Shown here: piece after piece, positions 12,850 to 26,889 of the stretch
How the letters are laid out: every line of letters starts with the position of its first letter
How positions within the stretch are numbered: the stretch's first letter is position 1
Origin: Camelus dromedarius
Taxonomy: Eukaryota
Assembly (NCBI RefSeq): GCF_036321535.1
Contig: NC_087438.1
Coordinates: forward strand, 12,898,001 to 12,962,000
DNA: 64,000 nucleotides
Direction: 5' to 3'
Position numbers and translations under genes: made by a program
Notes under the pieces: generated by a model
Database searches by the model: none
Told to the model about the DNA's origin: nothing
What the model saw: only the letters and a program-made list of their open reading frames with translations

Positions 12850-15689
12850 CTTACAGTCTTATGTGGCTGCATAAATATCTAGGAAAGTAAGTCTAGACTT
12901 CAGGATAGTGACTGAATCAGAGGGAAAGTTGAAGGCATTAGATTAGATTAGATTAGAGAGAAAAAATAAAAGAGAACCTGAATCACAGATCAAATGCCTC
13001 ATATTGCAAAATGTTAATTCTGTTGATTTACAAACTTGTTAATTCATGCTGAAATTTTATCTGTAACTATGTTCTCCTAATTTTTCTACCAGAGTCAACA
13101 ACTTATATGTAAAAAAAAAAAGTAAGATATTTTCTAAACACTGAGAGCACACAAACAAAACAAGATAAAACATACAACACACAGTGTCTTAAGGCTCTCA
13201 CCATCTAGTTTCAGAGTCACAAATAGATGAATTGTGATAAAAGCTTTGATTTGACAGAGAGTCATAGGAGAGGTAAGCAGGAACCATGATCCTAAAATCT
13301 CTTGAGAGCAACATTATGGGAAGTTAACATTGTCTAAGAGTAATTGAAGTTCAAGCAGCATCGCCCTTCTGTCTAGAAATGCCTCAGCTGACTGTACAGC
13401 ATGAGGTGAACCGGACAGAAAGAGCATAGGACCGATGGACATGAAAAGGAAAGCTCCAGCGGACATCAAAGAGATATGTGACAAATTTCAGAACTACAGT
13501 AGTGATGGTGGGAAGATAAGGATTTGGAGTCTGATGAGAAAAAGGAAACACTGGACACTATATATGATGATTGATTGAATGTGAGCATTTGAAGTAGATA
13601 ATGCAGTCATGAAAGATGTCTAGACTTACGAAGTCAGCCATCAGAGTAGAGAAGGAATCTTGACAAAATTCAGTGGAAGGACTCTGCCTCAACCTTGCCT
13701 TCATTGTTGAGGTCCAAAGCTTAGAGAGAATAAGATATAATTCTTGACCAAAAAAGGTTTTCCATCCAATGAGATTCAAGTTGTATTATTAACAATTGTT
13801 TTATTTCCAATTCACAAAACAATAGATGATTTAGAAGGACAAAAATTGTTCTATGAAACATTAATCTCTGTGGCCCTTGGTTTATGTTCTTGCAAAAGGG
13901 TACTAATGTCTGAGGGATGTGGGAAAGAAGATTCCCCTGTCTCATTAAATAATTATATTTTTAGTCCCTTTTGAATATTAACCTGCCTGATCTACTTCAT
14001 GAAATAAATTTTTCTAAGCCCTCAATTTTGATATTACTTTAAAACATTTAAAGGTTGTGTTGGTCCCACCCACCTTAGCACACACAGTAGAAGAAAAACA
14101 AAGCCTTCTTTGGGCAGTTTATTTTGATATTTTGTTGTACAATCTTAACGGTTGCAAGCACAGGACTCAAAGTTATTTAAAAGACTTTAGTTTTTTTGAG
14201 TTTTGTATTCTCTGACTGCTACAGTAACTACTTTATTCACACTTTTTGAAGAAACAAAAGACTTGTACCACAATGCTTGCTAGCACATGTGTGTTTCATT
14301 TGACCTCATACTAGACAAGGTAACTATTCAAATGAACTATATTTTTAAAGCAAACAATAATGTGCAATAATGCATGTGTCTTATTAAATGCAAAAGTGTT
14401 TGTTTAATATAAAAATCATTTATCTAATAAATTAATATTCAGCTGAAACAATTTTGAGATAATTATGATTTTTGGATCAATAATACACATGCATCAGTCT
14501 GTTCAATAATTTGCAACTTTTACTTTAAGAGTTTAAAGTATTAAACCCTTTAAACACAAAGTATTTCCTTCTCCAAACATTACTGGTTGTAATGCAGACA
14601 TTTACCAGGCAACCTATCTTTCGGCATTGAATAAAATGTGACCTATTCAAATAAGGTAGCACAAATGCTAAGCTCAATCATGAATGACATAATTCTAGAG
14701 AACCACTTAAAATATTATCTATTTATTTTACACTGAGTCCAAATGAGCAAGTACACAAATGAGGAGATCATTTCAATAAGGAAGAAAGTTGAACATTTAC
14801 AGAATAACTCTTAAGGAAAATTATACAAAGTGATATGCCATGTGTTAACTGAACATTAGTTAAATATTTTAATTATATAAATATTTGGTTTTATTTTATG
14901 ATATTTAAAGAGTAAGCTTTAATATATTTACGTACTTAGAAGTACATGATGGGAGATATTGCAGCTAGGGTTCCCCCATCCACGTATCCAGTTCTCAGCA
15001 ATTCAAGATGGGTTCAAGCCGACAAGGCAATTCCATTATCCTTTGATGGATACATATTTTTCTAGCTGATTAAACTTTATGCAAGTAAGTAGAATTTAGG
15101 AGTACAAAATGGATGATCAAGAAATTATTAATATCCATATCTTTTAGTTTTTTACTCATTTAAAAGTAATAAATTCATTTCTTTTAAGTAACTGATTTTA
15201 AGCTGTAATTCCACTTAGCAAAATCAAACATACATATTGAAAGCCCTATTTACTTTCATTTTTTCAAAAACTTTATGTTTAGTTTTCTAAAATGATCAAC
15301 TGAAGAATCCAGATGGGTGATAGAAATTTGTTTCATTATTTTATGTGACTCATGCTTAAAATTGCTCATTATCATTTTGCCCTTTTCTAAAGAACAATAA
15401 GGACATATGAGTCCCATTTTGACCAAATAGTTGAGTGACTAACCCAGGATTCACTTGTCAGTTTTATCAACAATGTTTTAAATAAATTATATATTCAGTG
15501 AATGCCTTAGACATTACTTAAAGTAGTAAATCAATCTCTCACTATAAAATAGTTTATCTTAGGAGGTGATTACTTGTCGCAGCCACTGTTGGTGAAGTAT
15601 CTAGCATACAATTCTTTCTATCTAACAGAAGTGTAATTTTGTTTGGGACTTACTCATACCCAGACAACCTATAGAGCTCATGGTAATAA

Positions 15690-15900
15690 AAAAAAACTTC
15701 ATTGTAATAGCTATGCTATGGAGCTCTGATGTGTGCCAGGTCAGTTTTATGCACTATAAATGTAGTTAAACCTCACAAACTCTATGAGATACTATGGTTC
15801 TCTCTAATCTACTGAGAGGTTGAAGTAATCTACCATGATTTCACAGGTAACAAGTAACAAAGCTGCGGTTCTAACCCGAGGACAGCCAAGGTCAATGTGA
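15690..15900 (-). mobile_element. MIR SINE
   Basis: taatagcta...tgtgccagg...aacctcacaaactctatgag...gagaggttgaagtaa. Confidence 0.6.
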
Positions 15901-16541
15901 CTGCTGCCCACTCCAGCTGCAAAGATGCGCTCTAATTTTCTAAAACCAGTTTTAGTAAGGACTTGCCAAAGATTGGAACACAAACCCAGTTTTCAACCAT
16001 TAGGGATAAAACATTCCACTAGAGACTCTTAGCAGTACAGAGATTGGTTCTGACTTTGAATAGTCCAATCAGTTTCACTGGGAAGAAAAATCCTAAAGAG
16101 AAGATACTCCTTCTGGGCTTAAATTTCTCCCTCTCTCTCACTGGACATGGAAAGGAAGTATGTTGTCGAAGGACAGTCAAAACCAACATTCTTTACCCAC
16201 GTGAAGGATGTCACACTTACTCTTGTGAGAGGTTCCTCTATGTTGGGAGCCCAACAATGGAACTGAACTCTCAGCTAAAAGTTGTCATGAGATTTCCCAG
16301 ACAACCTTGTAATATTGATATCTTGCTGACCTTTACAATGATCTGTAATTGGACTATGCCCATATTCTTTTCTGTAAGATTTCTTAGTTTTGACAAATAT
16401 ATAAAGATATGATAGACTCTTTTAAAGGTTATAGAAATTTTTAAGGGGAAGATAGTGAGCTAACATGAACAAAGCATTTTACTAACACTAATGATCAATG
16501 TAGATTACTAAAAATGATTTTATAATAAGAAGGGAAACAGT

Positions 16542-16694
16542 GGGGGAGGGTATAGCTCAAGTAGTAGAGTGCATGTTTAGTGTGCACAAGGTCCTGGGTT
16601 CTATCCACAGTACCTTCTCTCAAAATAAAGAAATAAATACACCTAATTACCTCCCCACCCAAAAACAAATAAGCCAACCAACCGAAAAAAGAGA
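16542..16694 (+). mobile_element. tRNA-derived SINE, camelid Vic-1 type, full length
   Basis: GGGGGAGGGTATAGCTCAAGTAGTAGAGTGCATG head with A box, B box GGTTCTATCC, A-rich tail; 16-bp TSD aataagaagggaaaca (16524-16539) / aataagaaaggaaaca (16695-16710). Confidence 0.9.
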
Positions 16695-16989
16695 AATAAG
16701 AAAGGAAACAACTTAGTTCTGAGAACATGTATGTTATTATAACAACTGACTAGAAATTCTTCATGTATAATTATATATCTGGAATATTAGCATGTTAGAC
16801 TTCTTGGAAAGAAAATATTAAAATAGTTATTGTGCATAGAGTGAATAACCTTGCTAGTTTTTAATGGGTATATCATACAACTCTCTTTTTCTTTTTGCAA
16901 TGTGATCTGCAAATTAAAGCAGATATTTTTAACTGCTTTTGTTTTCTCATCATCTAAATTAGACCAGGTGTGGAGGTGTGTGTCCTACA

Positions 16990-17340
16990 GTACAGTTTCT
17001 CAAGTGCAGCCCCTTTAGATTGAAAGACATAACTGAAATAGATAAAGTATCTGCCTCCCCTTGTGTCAAAAACCCAACAGATAATGGTTGAATACGAATA
17101 GGATCATGACTATGGATATTCTCATTCAAAAATGGGGAACACAAGAGGCACACAGGAGTGGCTATTCCATAGTGCTTTTGAAAACTTGCTGGGCATTTCT
17201 TTGCACTTTCTTGATTAGAACTCAGTCCTTCTGCTCTCTAGTAATAATTCTCCATATCTCTTGTCTCCACCCTCTAGGGTTACACCGTCTCAGCTCTTAA
17301 GTCATTCTTCTTTCCTAAATGATATTTTACAGATGAATAG
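16990..17340 (-). mobile_element. MaLR internal (MLT1-int-like) fragment; probably continues at ~18920-19250
   Basis: tatctgcctcccc...cccaacagataatgg...ataggat...attctcattcaaaatgggga. Confidence 0.5.
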
Positions 17341-17344
17341 GTAT

Positions 17345-17799
17345 TATCAACAAAAAAATTAATAACCAATCTAAGAGAGAAATAAAGAATTTTATTCTAG
17401 CCAACCTAAGGTTTATAACCCAGGAAATAGTTTTTCAGAAAGCTCTGAGGACTGTTCTGAAGAGATAAGAGGGGAAGCCAGTATATATGTGATTTTTGGG
17501 AAAGGGAGACGTGCATTCAATAATTCATCTCAGTAGAAGACCTCCTTTATTTGCAAAGAATGGGTATCTTATTTAATGGTTTTCTAAGTATGGGATGATG
17601 CAAGAAACTGGGTTTATAAAAGTTTCTCCTGAAAATATCTAACTATCTGAGAGCCAGTTCTGCCAGTTTTCTCACAGCACAAAGTGCCTCATTCTGATTT
17701 TGACCTTGAATTTCTTTCAGAGTGTATTCCAGGTCAATAATTTGGCCAATGATTTGATCCTTGTAGAACCGGATGGCAGGCAACTTTCTTTATTTTACA
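17345..17799 (-). mobile_element. ERV1 LTR, MER41-like cetartiodactyl family (3' LTR)
   Basis: gaaagctctgaggactgttc, tatgggatgatgcaagaaactggg, atggcaggcaac...taca terminus; minus strand begins TGTAAAAT just after purine-rich agggatgagac (PPT-like). Confidence 0.7.
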
Positions 17800-18490
17800 G
17801 TCTCATCCCTTTAGGTCTTAACTTTGACCAAGATTTGGGAGCCATTTCATGATAAATTTGTGCTGTAGCCCTAGAAATGCTCATTCCTAGGTCAGGCGAA
17901 GATTTCATTGCCAGGTCACTCAGTGCGCTCTTCCTGGACGAAGCCTTGTTAAGGGTAGCCAAAAGTCTCTGAACTGCCTGTCTTATCAGTCTGTTACAGC
18001 CCAGAAAATTGTTCCCTCTTGTTGCTTCTTCCCATATCTAGAGTTTCACTGTGACTCTCATTGATCTTATTGAATTCTATATTTGGTTAATTATTTCAAG
18101 TTGCCTAGTTATCATTATTTTTATTAGAAGCTCAGTCACACATTTGTTAATATAAGAAACAATAACCTTATAAAATAGACGAAGTACAAGTAATCTAGCC
18201 AGTAACATTAGTAATCTCATAAGTGAGTATTTAAACTAAGAACTTACATTAGGTGTAGCCCAGTATATCCTCAGGTCATCTGACCCAGTCTGCTCCATAC
18301 CAATTGCCATGCTTAAGGGAAATGATTTACTGGCTTTGTCCATAGTGTTCAACAAAGATGTCTACATGTACAAGGTGAGTGGTGGGTCATCACGACCCCT
18401 TACAGGACTGAGAAACTAATGTTATCTTCTAAGGAGTTACCTTCCTAGCACCAGAAGAGGAAAATTTGCTGTTTATGATTGAGCAGATTT
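17800..18490 (-). mobile_element. ERV1 internal 3' region attached to the LTR
   Basis: Contiguous with the LTR via the PPT-like tract; no intact ORF. Confidence 0.45.
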
Positions 18491-18550
18491 GGGAGGGCCT
18501 GATTTAATTTTTTTTTTTTTTGGTCTTAAAAATGGGAATTTTACTTCATC

Positions 18551-18916
18551 AGTATCTCAGTCCATTCAAACGCCTATAACAGAATACTATAAACTGGATG
18601 GGTTATCAACAACAGAGATTTATTTCTCACAGTCCTTGGGACTGGAAAGTCCAAGATGAAGGTCTAGGGAGCTTTCATGTCTGGTGAAGGCCTGCGTCCT
18701 GATTCATAGGTGACAATCTTCTTACTGTGTCCTCGTGCAGTGGAAGTGTCAAGGGAAACTTCTAGGGTCTCTTTTATGAGGGCGCTAATCCCATTCACGA
18801 GAGCTCTGCCTTCATGACCTAATCACCTCCCAAAGGTCCCACCTCCAAATATCATCGTGTTGGGAATTAGGTTTCAACGTATGCATTTGGGGGGTGCAGA
18901 CGTTTAGTCTATGGCA
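18551..18916 (-). mobile_element. MLT1A/MLT1A0 LTR, near full length
   Basis: tttatttctcacagt...aagtccaagatgaagg...ctaatcccattcacgag...catgacctaatcacctcccaaagg...agtctatggca. Confidence 0.9.
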
Positions 18917-19426
18917 GTAGGCTTCTTAGACTGCTTCCCATCCACAGAAGTTTGGGGTTCTAAGAACTGTTTTTGTTGGAGATCTTTCTACTTTTTTCAG
19001 ACCAAGCCAATGCAATTGTCTTAAAAACTTTGTAGGACTCTTGAATTTACTCATCTGTCAAAAGACAACATTAACAAATCCTTCAGGGAAAGCCCTTCTC
19101 TATCTTAGGTTTCTACTGAGACTTCAGACAGACAACTCCCCCAGCGTTCTTAGCTGTGTGGTTTAAAAGAGAAGATCTAATTGGCATACATTTCAAATAC
19201 TTTGAGGGCTGAGACACTCCCCGAATGACATAAATATTTATCGAGGTTTACCCTCTCTTGAAACTCTAGTAAAATGTATTTAAATAAAATGTTACCTAAG
19301 CAAGTTAATACCCCAGCACCAGTGCATAAATAGTTTATAAAGAAAGCTTACCTAAGGAAAGTACACATATGACTGGAAAATTTAAATTTTGAAAACAGAG
19401 GGAAAGGGAGTTTTTTGGTCCAAATA

Positions 19427-19476
19427 GTGTGTGTGTGTGTGTGTGTGTGCATAAATGTGCATGCATATGTGTGTGT
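19427..19476. repeat. (TG)n microsatellite with degenerate tail
   Basis: Direct. Confidence 0.9.
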
Positions 19477-21099
19477 TGATGTGGAAAGATGCAATAGGAA
19501 AAAAAAGATGAAATAACCTTAGCATAATCAGAAACATTATTTACCAAGAGTACAAATTATTTATTTTTATTTTCTCTATAAAGGTTATGGGAAATCTCAA
19601 TTTATATAAATTAAAGGACAATTATAATACAGAAATCTAGGTGCTATAATTTATGGCTAAACTGATAAAATGCCATAAGGTTAAGAAAATAAAGGACAAA
19701 TTATTCTTCCTTTTTTTAAACCCAAGCTTCTCTGAATTAGTTATTTGTCTGTGCTTTGAATGGCACTGATTAAAATTATTCATAGAGGTTTTATTTGTCT
19801 GTCTATATTTGAGGCAAATATGGAAAGCAGTAAGAAATTATTTTATCTAAGAGTATTTCAATATATTATAAATAATTTTCCTCCTCTACAATTACTATGA
19901 AAACCTCAAAAATTACAAATGAATGAATAAACTAACAAGAGGAAATAAGCATGAAAACTAGTTTAATAACCTTAGCTATCAAACTAATTGTGAATAACTG
20001 GAAACACTTCATTCAGAACTGTTTTATAGAGCGATTAAGTGTTATTTGCATAATTTCCTCTTAGAATAAAAATAGGTCTAAAATATTTTGTAAAATGGAA
20101 GCAGAAAAGCAAATCTGAACCAAATATTTCACAGAACAGTGTGGGAGAGCTAAATTTTCATTTTATACAAATTTATGGAAACTTAATCTGAAACAATTTA
20201 TTCCATTTATTTTTTCATCCAGTCATTAAATCATTCACTCAACACATATTTAGAACTAGCTCTCAGCCAGGTTTTAAGGCTGCAAATTCTCACATAATTG
20301 CCAAAATTCAAATTGGTCTCACTGAAAGAAAATACACAATAAACATTCTGCATGTAACTGAAATTTTGAAAGCCAACCTTGTATTGAAAGTCCACTTACA
20401 GGAAATGAATGATTTATTTTATAATTGGAACTTCAAAGCCTTTAATGGCTAATGGACTTCTACAATATTATGGGTTTTTTTCAGTATAAAATCACTGAAG
20501 AGAGAATAAATAATGCAACAGGATAGGAAATTCTTTTCTAAATTTTTTCAGATCTTTGACCCTGTCTCAGCCAGGGAAAACAAATGAGCAAATCTATTTC
20601 TGTATGCTAATTTTATTAATAAAAAACTTTTCTTCTAGACTCACTAATTAAAGTAAGACAAATAGTCTGAGACTATGTATGAGCTGGAATAGACATTTTT
20701 TACATATCCAGGGCAACAAGGTTTATCCTTGGTCGGTGTTAGATGAGACTCTAAAGTCTTTTCTTGACAGTATCACCCACTTTTCTTAGTCCAGCTCTGA
20801 ACAAAAGTGACTAAACTTTAGTGCATAGGAAAAGTGTCTCTTTTCAAAGTCTTGAGGAAACCATAGCATAGCAGAAGAAACTAAACAGCAGCCAGGAAGA
20901 AAGACTGTAGCTGATGGATTTGACTAGTCTGTTAATATCTCCCTTCTCTTTTCCTTCCTAGTATGGACTTTTCAACTGCAAGTCCTGGTGCAAGAACGCA
21001 AAGTTAGGATCAGTCATCATACGTACTAGTGTCTGTATTTGTTTAGCAATAGTTAAAATAACTGTTATAATAAATAAATAAATAAAATAATTTTTTGGT

Positions 21100-21290
21100 T
21101 GTTTAATATTGCTGGACATTTATCAAAGCATTGAAAGTCCTTAACCCACACAGTAACCCCACGTGGTAGGTAATTTGATCTTCATTTTGCAGATGAGAAA
21201 ATTGAACCTTACGTGGACTGAGCATGCTGTCCAGGTTTATATGGGCAATATACTGCAAAATTGGATTTGGAATTAAGAACAAACACAAAA
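21100..21290 (-). mobile_element. MIR SINE
   Basis: cacagtaacccc...ggtaggt...cattttgcagatgagaaaattga. Confidence 0.7.
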
Positions 21291-21296
21291 CAATTA

Positions 21297-21405
21297 GGCC
21301 ACACTTAAGGACGGTTCCAGGTTTTGTAAAACGTAAAAGTGAGAGAAGTTTGAGGTCCACTTATTCAAAGAAGAGACTACAAAACTAAAAACACTGAATT
21401 AGATG
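21297..21405. mobile_element. hAT-Tip100 (MamTip/MamRep1879-like) fragment
   Basis: ccaggttttgt...aaagaagagactacaaaact...aattag resembles the recalled terminal region. Confidence 0.4.
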
Positions 21406-23929
21406 TGTCACAACATCTTTGCCCTCTGGAGCTGTACTTTTGGGTCATAATTCTGTGTAATTTGGCAGAGTGAGCAGTAAGAGTATTGTAGGAAATCATG
21501 CTGGCATGACCACAATTACTTAGACATACTCAGAAGTACCTGAAAACCACCTGCACATGCTCCACTAAACTTTGAATGATTAAATACCTTATTGTCCTGG
21601 ACAATACTTGTTCTCATGGATATTTCCAATGAGTTTATTAATTCTGTCCACTTTAATGATCAACTACCTCTGAATTTGAATAAACTAAGCAATCATCCCA
21701 GCTAAGACTGAACCGAACCAACCCTAATTCCAACCTTAGCTAGCGAGAAAATTCCTTCCATCTGTAATGAATATATTACTAATCATAACTTGTGTTAACT
21801 TCAAGTTACTTAAAAATACTTTCTTTAGTACTCTAAATTCTTAAAAATATGTTGAATTTCTACAGAAAGATTAAAGAACAGTGATGAGTTTATTTCTGAA
21901 GTTAACAGAGCAATTATAAATAGTTAAATCTAGAAATAAAAAGGAAAAGAAAAAGCACACAACAATAAAAACAAAAGGAGAAAGGATACATCTTGAGTCA
22001 TCACTTCACACACTTTTAATAGTGGCAGCCATGGGGGAAAAAACCCCCAAAACCCAGAACATTCAAGTATTTGATGGTACAACTTCTCATCCCGTCTCCA
22101 CCTCCCAGAGGTGATAGAAGATAAAGTTAGTGAATTAAATTTCATACTGTTTCCTAAACCTTCTGTTTGAACAGAGGCAAGTCGCAGGGAGAAAGAGACA
22201 GCCAGGGGAGTAGCCTAGTGGCAGTTTCTGGAGAACAAGTTTATAATCAGCATTGACATCCTTCAAGAGAAAAGAGGACAGCCAGGGGATCATAGCTTTC
22301 CAGGGCTTCCTACTGATTTGCAGGAACAATTTGAGGTCCAAATATAGTCCAACATGGGAGAAACATAAAACCTTAACCAGGAGGAATGAGCATAGTTCAC
22401 AAAATTTCGGAATTGAATGTGTACCCAATATTCCATGAAGGCTGACAGCTACCCAACTCAGCCATCCACTCTTTTTCCTCTTCACATTGTACACCGGGGA
22501 TTCAAATTGAGACAATCTCCTGAAACCAACCACAGTCTCTAGCTCAAAGCATAAGACAAGTAGGTTACATATTATGTAAGAAGTATGTCAAAGCTACTTC
22601 ACGTGTGTGGCATCTGAGAACAATGTTCATGTGAATGATGCTTGAAATAGCCATGACTGTGCCACTGGATTACAACTATAGCAAAGCAAAACAGAAAGGA
22701 AAGAAATAGCATATGGAAGGGAGGTAGAGAATCTCATCTCTAAAAATTAGTTTAAAAATTAAACTCCAACCATTAAAATAGAGGCATGGCTTTTAAAGGA
22801 TTCGTATACAGCAATCTAAAGCTTGATTCTCGTGAGAAAGGACTCTAAACACATTGAGGGATTTTTTTTTTTTTTGGCCCATATGTAACTTCACTTTTCA
22901 AAGTATTACATATATAGTACAAAATCCAGATTTATGAGTTGTGAACATTATTGACTTTTTTGATGGTAGTTAAGGGTTTTAAAACTTAAACTACTCTCCT
23001 TTCTCCTAATAAGTTTATATGCCCATTTAATGTTAAAATATTGCTCAAAATGTTCATTATTATTATAATAGGTGAAAGTAGTATGATTGTATATTTTCTT
23101 TCCTTTAGAACTTTATGTTATGAAACCTTTCAATTTCCTGCAATCTTTGGATAAGTCTTTCTACCCTTTCTGTCACCCCCACTGTAATCTGATTCTCAAA
23201 AAAAAAAAAATTCCAATAACTTGTCTGGCAATATATCTGATCCTTTTTATTGCCTGGCAATATCTTCCCATATAACCTTTATCTCCATGCTTTGATTGTA
23301 TGTTAGTGCTGACTGCTTTCAAGGCATGCTACCAGGTTGCCGTTCTGGAAATTCTCTTCACTTTTTTTCTCATGTTCTTTTCCCAGTTTCTCTGATTCTA
23401 TTTATTACTTCTTAATTTTAAGGATGCTCCTTCTATAGGTTGTTTAAAAATTGTATAGGCTTTAATTCTCTTAGAGGTAGGTCAAAACAAATGGGGAAAA
23501 AGTGCTGTTTAAAACACACGTATCTCCTCTAAGGATTCTGGGAAGTGAAGGAGATATTCAAAGGAAATATTTGATTAGCTAACTCTTAGGAAAACAGAAG
23601 TAAAAATGCCACTTTTTATTGTTTATAAAAATTAGTTACATAGATTTATAGTGATATATATTATACTATCAATTACATGAATTGTGCAATTATTTAGAAG
23701 TACAACTAGTGTGAACTATTTAGGCTTAAATTGAACCCTAAGAGAAAACTTCCAAAATACAGTGACCTAAACATAGAAGATTATTTGTTTCTCCTTCAAT
23801 ACATTTATCCTAGCCCTATATCAAATAGATAATAGACACACACAGAAAATTAAATTAATACAGAAACAACTGACCATGCTACGTTAATTTTACACCTTTA
23901 TTAGAATATAGTCAAAGGGCAAAAAGAAT

Positions 23930-25345
23930 GGCAAGGAATTCTTGAACAATTAATAGTCTTGAGATGTTGGTGGTATTTATGTAGAAATTACAAAAGAAGC
24001 TTGTGTATGATGTAGTTGGGGAAAATGAATACACATTTTGATGTTTGAAGTCAGGGCTCTTGCTGTGGGAGAAGGATATGTAAATAGAGTGGATGAAGTT
24101 GAAGAAACCCATGGTGTTGGATTTCAGTTGGAGAGATCAGTGTGAATGCATGGATTTTAGAGCAACATATTTCTCATCTCCAGAGCCTGTAAGCAGTAAC
24201 CACCGTAGCAACCACATAATCATATCTAGAGAAGAGTGTGTTTTCTGAACTCCTGGTGCCACTAACAGGATCCAGTCACCTTAGAGAAACACTGGATTCC
24301 ACATATAGGACAAATAAATAATGAGGTGTGCCCAGGATATCTTGTCATACCAGAAAACAAGAGATGTTCAAAGAATGATGGGGGCATATTATAAACAACA
24401 ATGACAACAACAACAACACAGACTTAGTTTGAATGTGCTTCCACACTGAGCATCTAACTTGAGCATCAAAAAGAATAATGATGGTAAATGAACTTTAACA
24501 CACTAAATAACAAAGAATCCATACGTTCTACATGTTAATCAAAGAGGGAGGTTGGTGAGAAGAGAAAGCTAGTTAATGTATGTAGAAGGAATAATGTTTG
24601 TTTTTACTTATCATCTTGCAAACACCTTTGTATTAATTAATTCAGGCAAGGTTCATCAGTGGATGCTAAAATTGGGTGACCATTGGGTGAAAATTTGATA
24701 AAGAACAGGATATTCATAGAGCTTGAAAATGTCACCTTACAGGTTATTTAATAACTCCAAAGTGAAAGAGACCTCTGCAGAAATGAAATTTGGCAGATCA
24801 CATTTGTCACCAAACTCAGCATGAAAATATGTGACTTGTTGACATGTACGCCTCACAGAGCGAAGCAATGTGAAACAGGATGTTGAAGATTGTCACCCAT
24901 GTGCAGCACACCAAAAACATTCAACCTGAGATATTTTATGTGGAAAGATCCCAGAATGTGGGATAGTCTACAAGAAAGATTGCCTGAGCACTTGAAAATA
25001 TCAGTGTCATGGAAAATAAAAATAAAGTGAGGCAATCTGTTCTAAATCAAAAGAGATTCAGCATAAAAACTAAATGTAATTTGTGTGGGAAAAAAGCTGA
25101 AAAGGAGAAATTTTGTGATCAATGAAAAAGTTTGATTGTGAGTTGTTTTAAACATAACACTACCTAAAATATTCAACACTTATTTGAAAACTTCTTTGAA
25201 TACATATGAAATCTCTTGAGCGTGATGATATGGTGATGATTTAGAATAATGTTCCAGTTTAGGAGCTGTATGCTAAAATATTTTGAGGGGAAGTATCATG
25301 ATGTCTACCTCTTATTTACAAATGTTTTATCAGAAAAATAGTGTG
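23930..25345 (+). mobile_element. L1MC (L1MC3/4-like) 3'UTR
   Basis: cttgctgtgggagaagg, ggtgttggatttcagttggagagatcagtgtgaa, ttcatcagtggatgctaaaa, aagtatcatgatgtct. Confidence 0.7.
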
Positions 25346-25349
25346 TATG

Positions 25350-25835
25350 TGTATTTCTTCCTGCATTCAGCTTGGTAAATCATGTTTTTCAAGAAATGTA
25401 TCTGTATTATCTAAGTTGTCAAATTTATAGTAATTAATTAATTATAGTAATGATTACACTATCCTATAAATTTAAAATAAAGTTTTGGACCCACTATCCT
25501 CTTATCTTTTTAACAAAGTATCCCTAGGGAGATTCCATTTTTCATTCCTAATGCTGTTATTCTGTATTTTCTTTCTTTTTCCCTCTGTGATTAGTCTTAC
25601 TAGTGGTTTATCAGTTTATTAATCCTTTCAAAGGACCAGTATTTGGCTTTGTTAATTTTCTTTACATTATGTCTACTTTATACTTTGTTGATTTCTGCTT
25701 GTTAATTTAATTTCCTTCTTTCTAAGTTCTTTAGAGATAATTTGCTAGATTTTTGTGGTTTCTTGAAATAAAAGCATGTATCATTCAACTTTTCATCTTT
25801 CGTAATATATACACTTAAAGCTAAAAACTTCTCTC
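25350..25835 (-). mobile_element. Old L1 ORF2-region fragment
   Basis: ggtttatcagtttattaatcctttcaaaggaccag...ttggctttgttaatttt. Confidence 0.65.
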
Positions 25836-25839
25836 CATT

Positions 25840-25897
25840 ATTACTTTGTAAGCCAGTCTATGGTATTTTTGTTACAGCAGCCTGAATGTACCAAGAC
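25840..25897 (+). mobile_element. MLT1A-type LTR 3' terminus
   Basis: taagccagtctatggtatttttgttacagcagcctgaa...aagaca. Confidence 0.65.
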
Positions 25898-26889
25898 AAT
25901 AAAACATGCTATTTTGATGACTGTTCTTGTAATAATTATAGTATATAAATGTGCTACTTTAACACTATAATATAAGAGGGTAGAGTAAACTTTTAAGAAA
26001 TAAAATGATGAGAAACACCAATGTTTATTTTCCATCGATAATATCTGATATTTAACAAACTGCATATTATGAAAAACAGAGTAATCACACGTATGATTCA
26101 CAGAATTTTAAACATAGCACCATGTTTTGATTCTAACTTATAAGGGATCTCTTTTTTAAGAAAAGAAAAACAAAAACCCAATAGTAGTGATAATTATATA
26201 TTACATGTTAAATCATAATTTGAGCTTCTCGACAGTTTTGATTTCCCTAAGATGTCAATTACTGTAAATTCATAGTGTTTACACTCTGTTTTTTGTATGG
26301 AATAAATGTGTTTAGTGTAACTGTCATTTTGATAATTATAGATCTTAAAAGATTGAGTTAGCTTCTGGGTATTTAAAATTCTGTGTATGCATACCAATCT
26401 AAAAATTATCTCTGAATCTCTCAGAGTATGGTAACATTAATGCCTTGTATGCACATCCAAAGTAACCAGGAAGATAACAACCAAACAAATATTTGAACCA
26501 AACTGGAGATTAATTTGAAAATTACTCACAAGTGCTGATGCAGACCCAGTGGAATCTTTTGCCATTAGAATATAAAGACAGCTGGGTCCAGGCAGCAATG
26601 TGAACCTCTTGGGATTATAAGGAGGCTACGAGGTGAGATAAACACTTACCTACTCATTGTCTGACTTCCTTTTCTAGCCATACTAGTTTGGACAGAACCC
26701 AGGCAAGGCAAGCCAAGCTGATTATGTGAAATCTGTTGAAGATGTGTATTAGGGAATGACTCTGATCTACCTGAGAGGGAAATTATAGTTCTCAGTTCTT
26801 CTGTGTATTTGGTAGTTGGAAATTGTAAGTGACTATTCTTTCTGGAAGCATATAAACATGAAGGGCAGATCACAGAGTAATATTGTCAA

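Noticed and set aside
16542..16615. tRNA gene
   Set aside because: No proper acceptor stem or Pol III terminator; A-rich tail and TSD show it is a SINE
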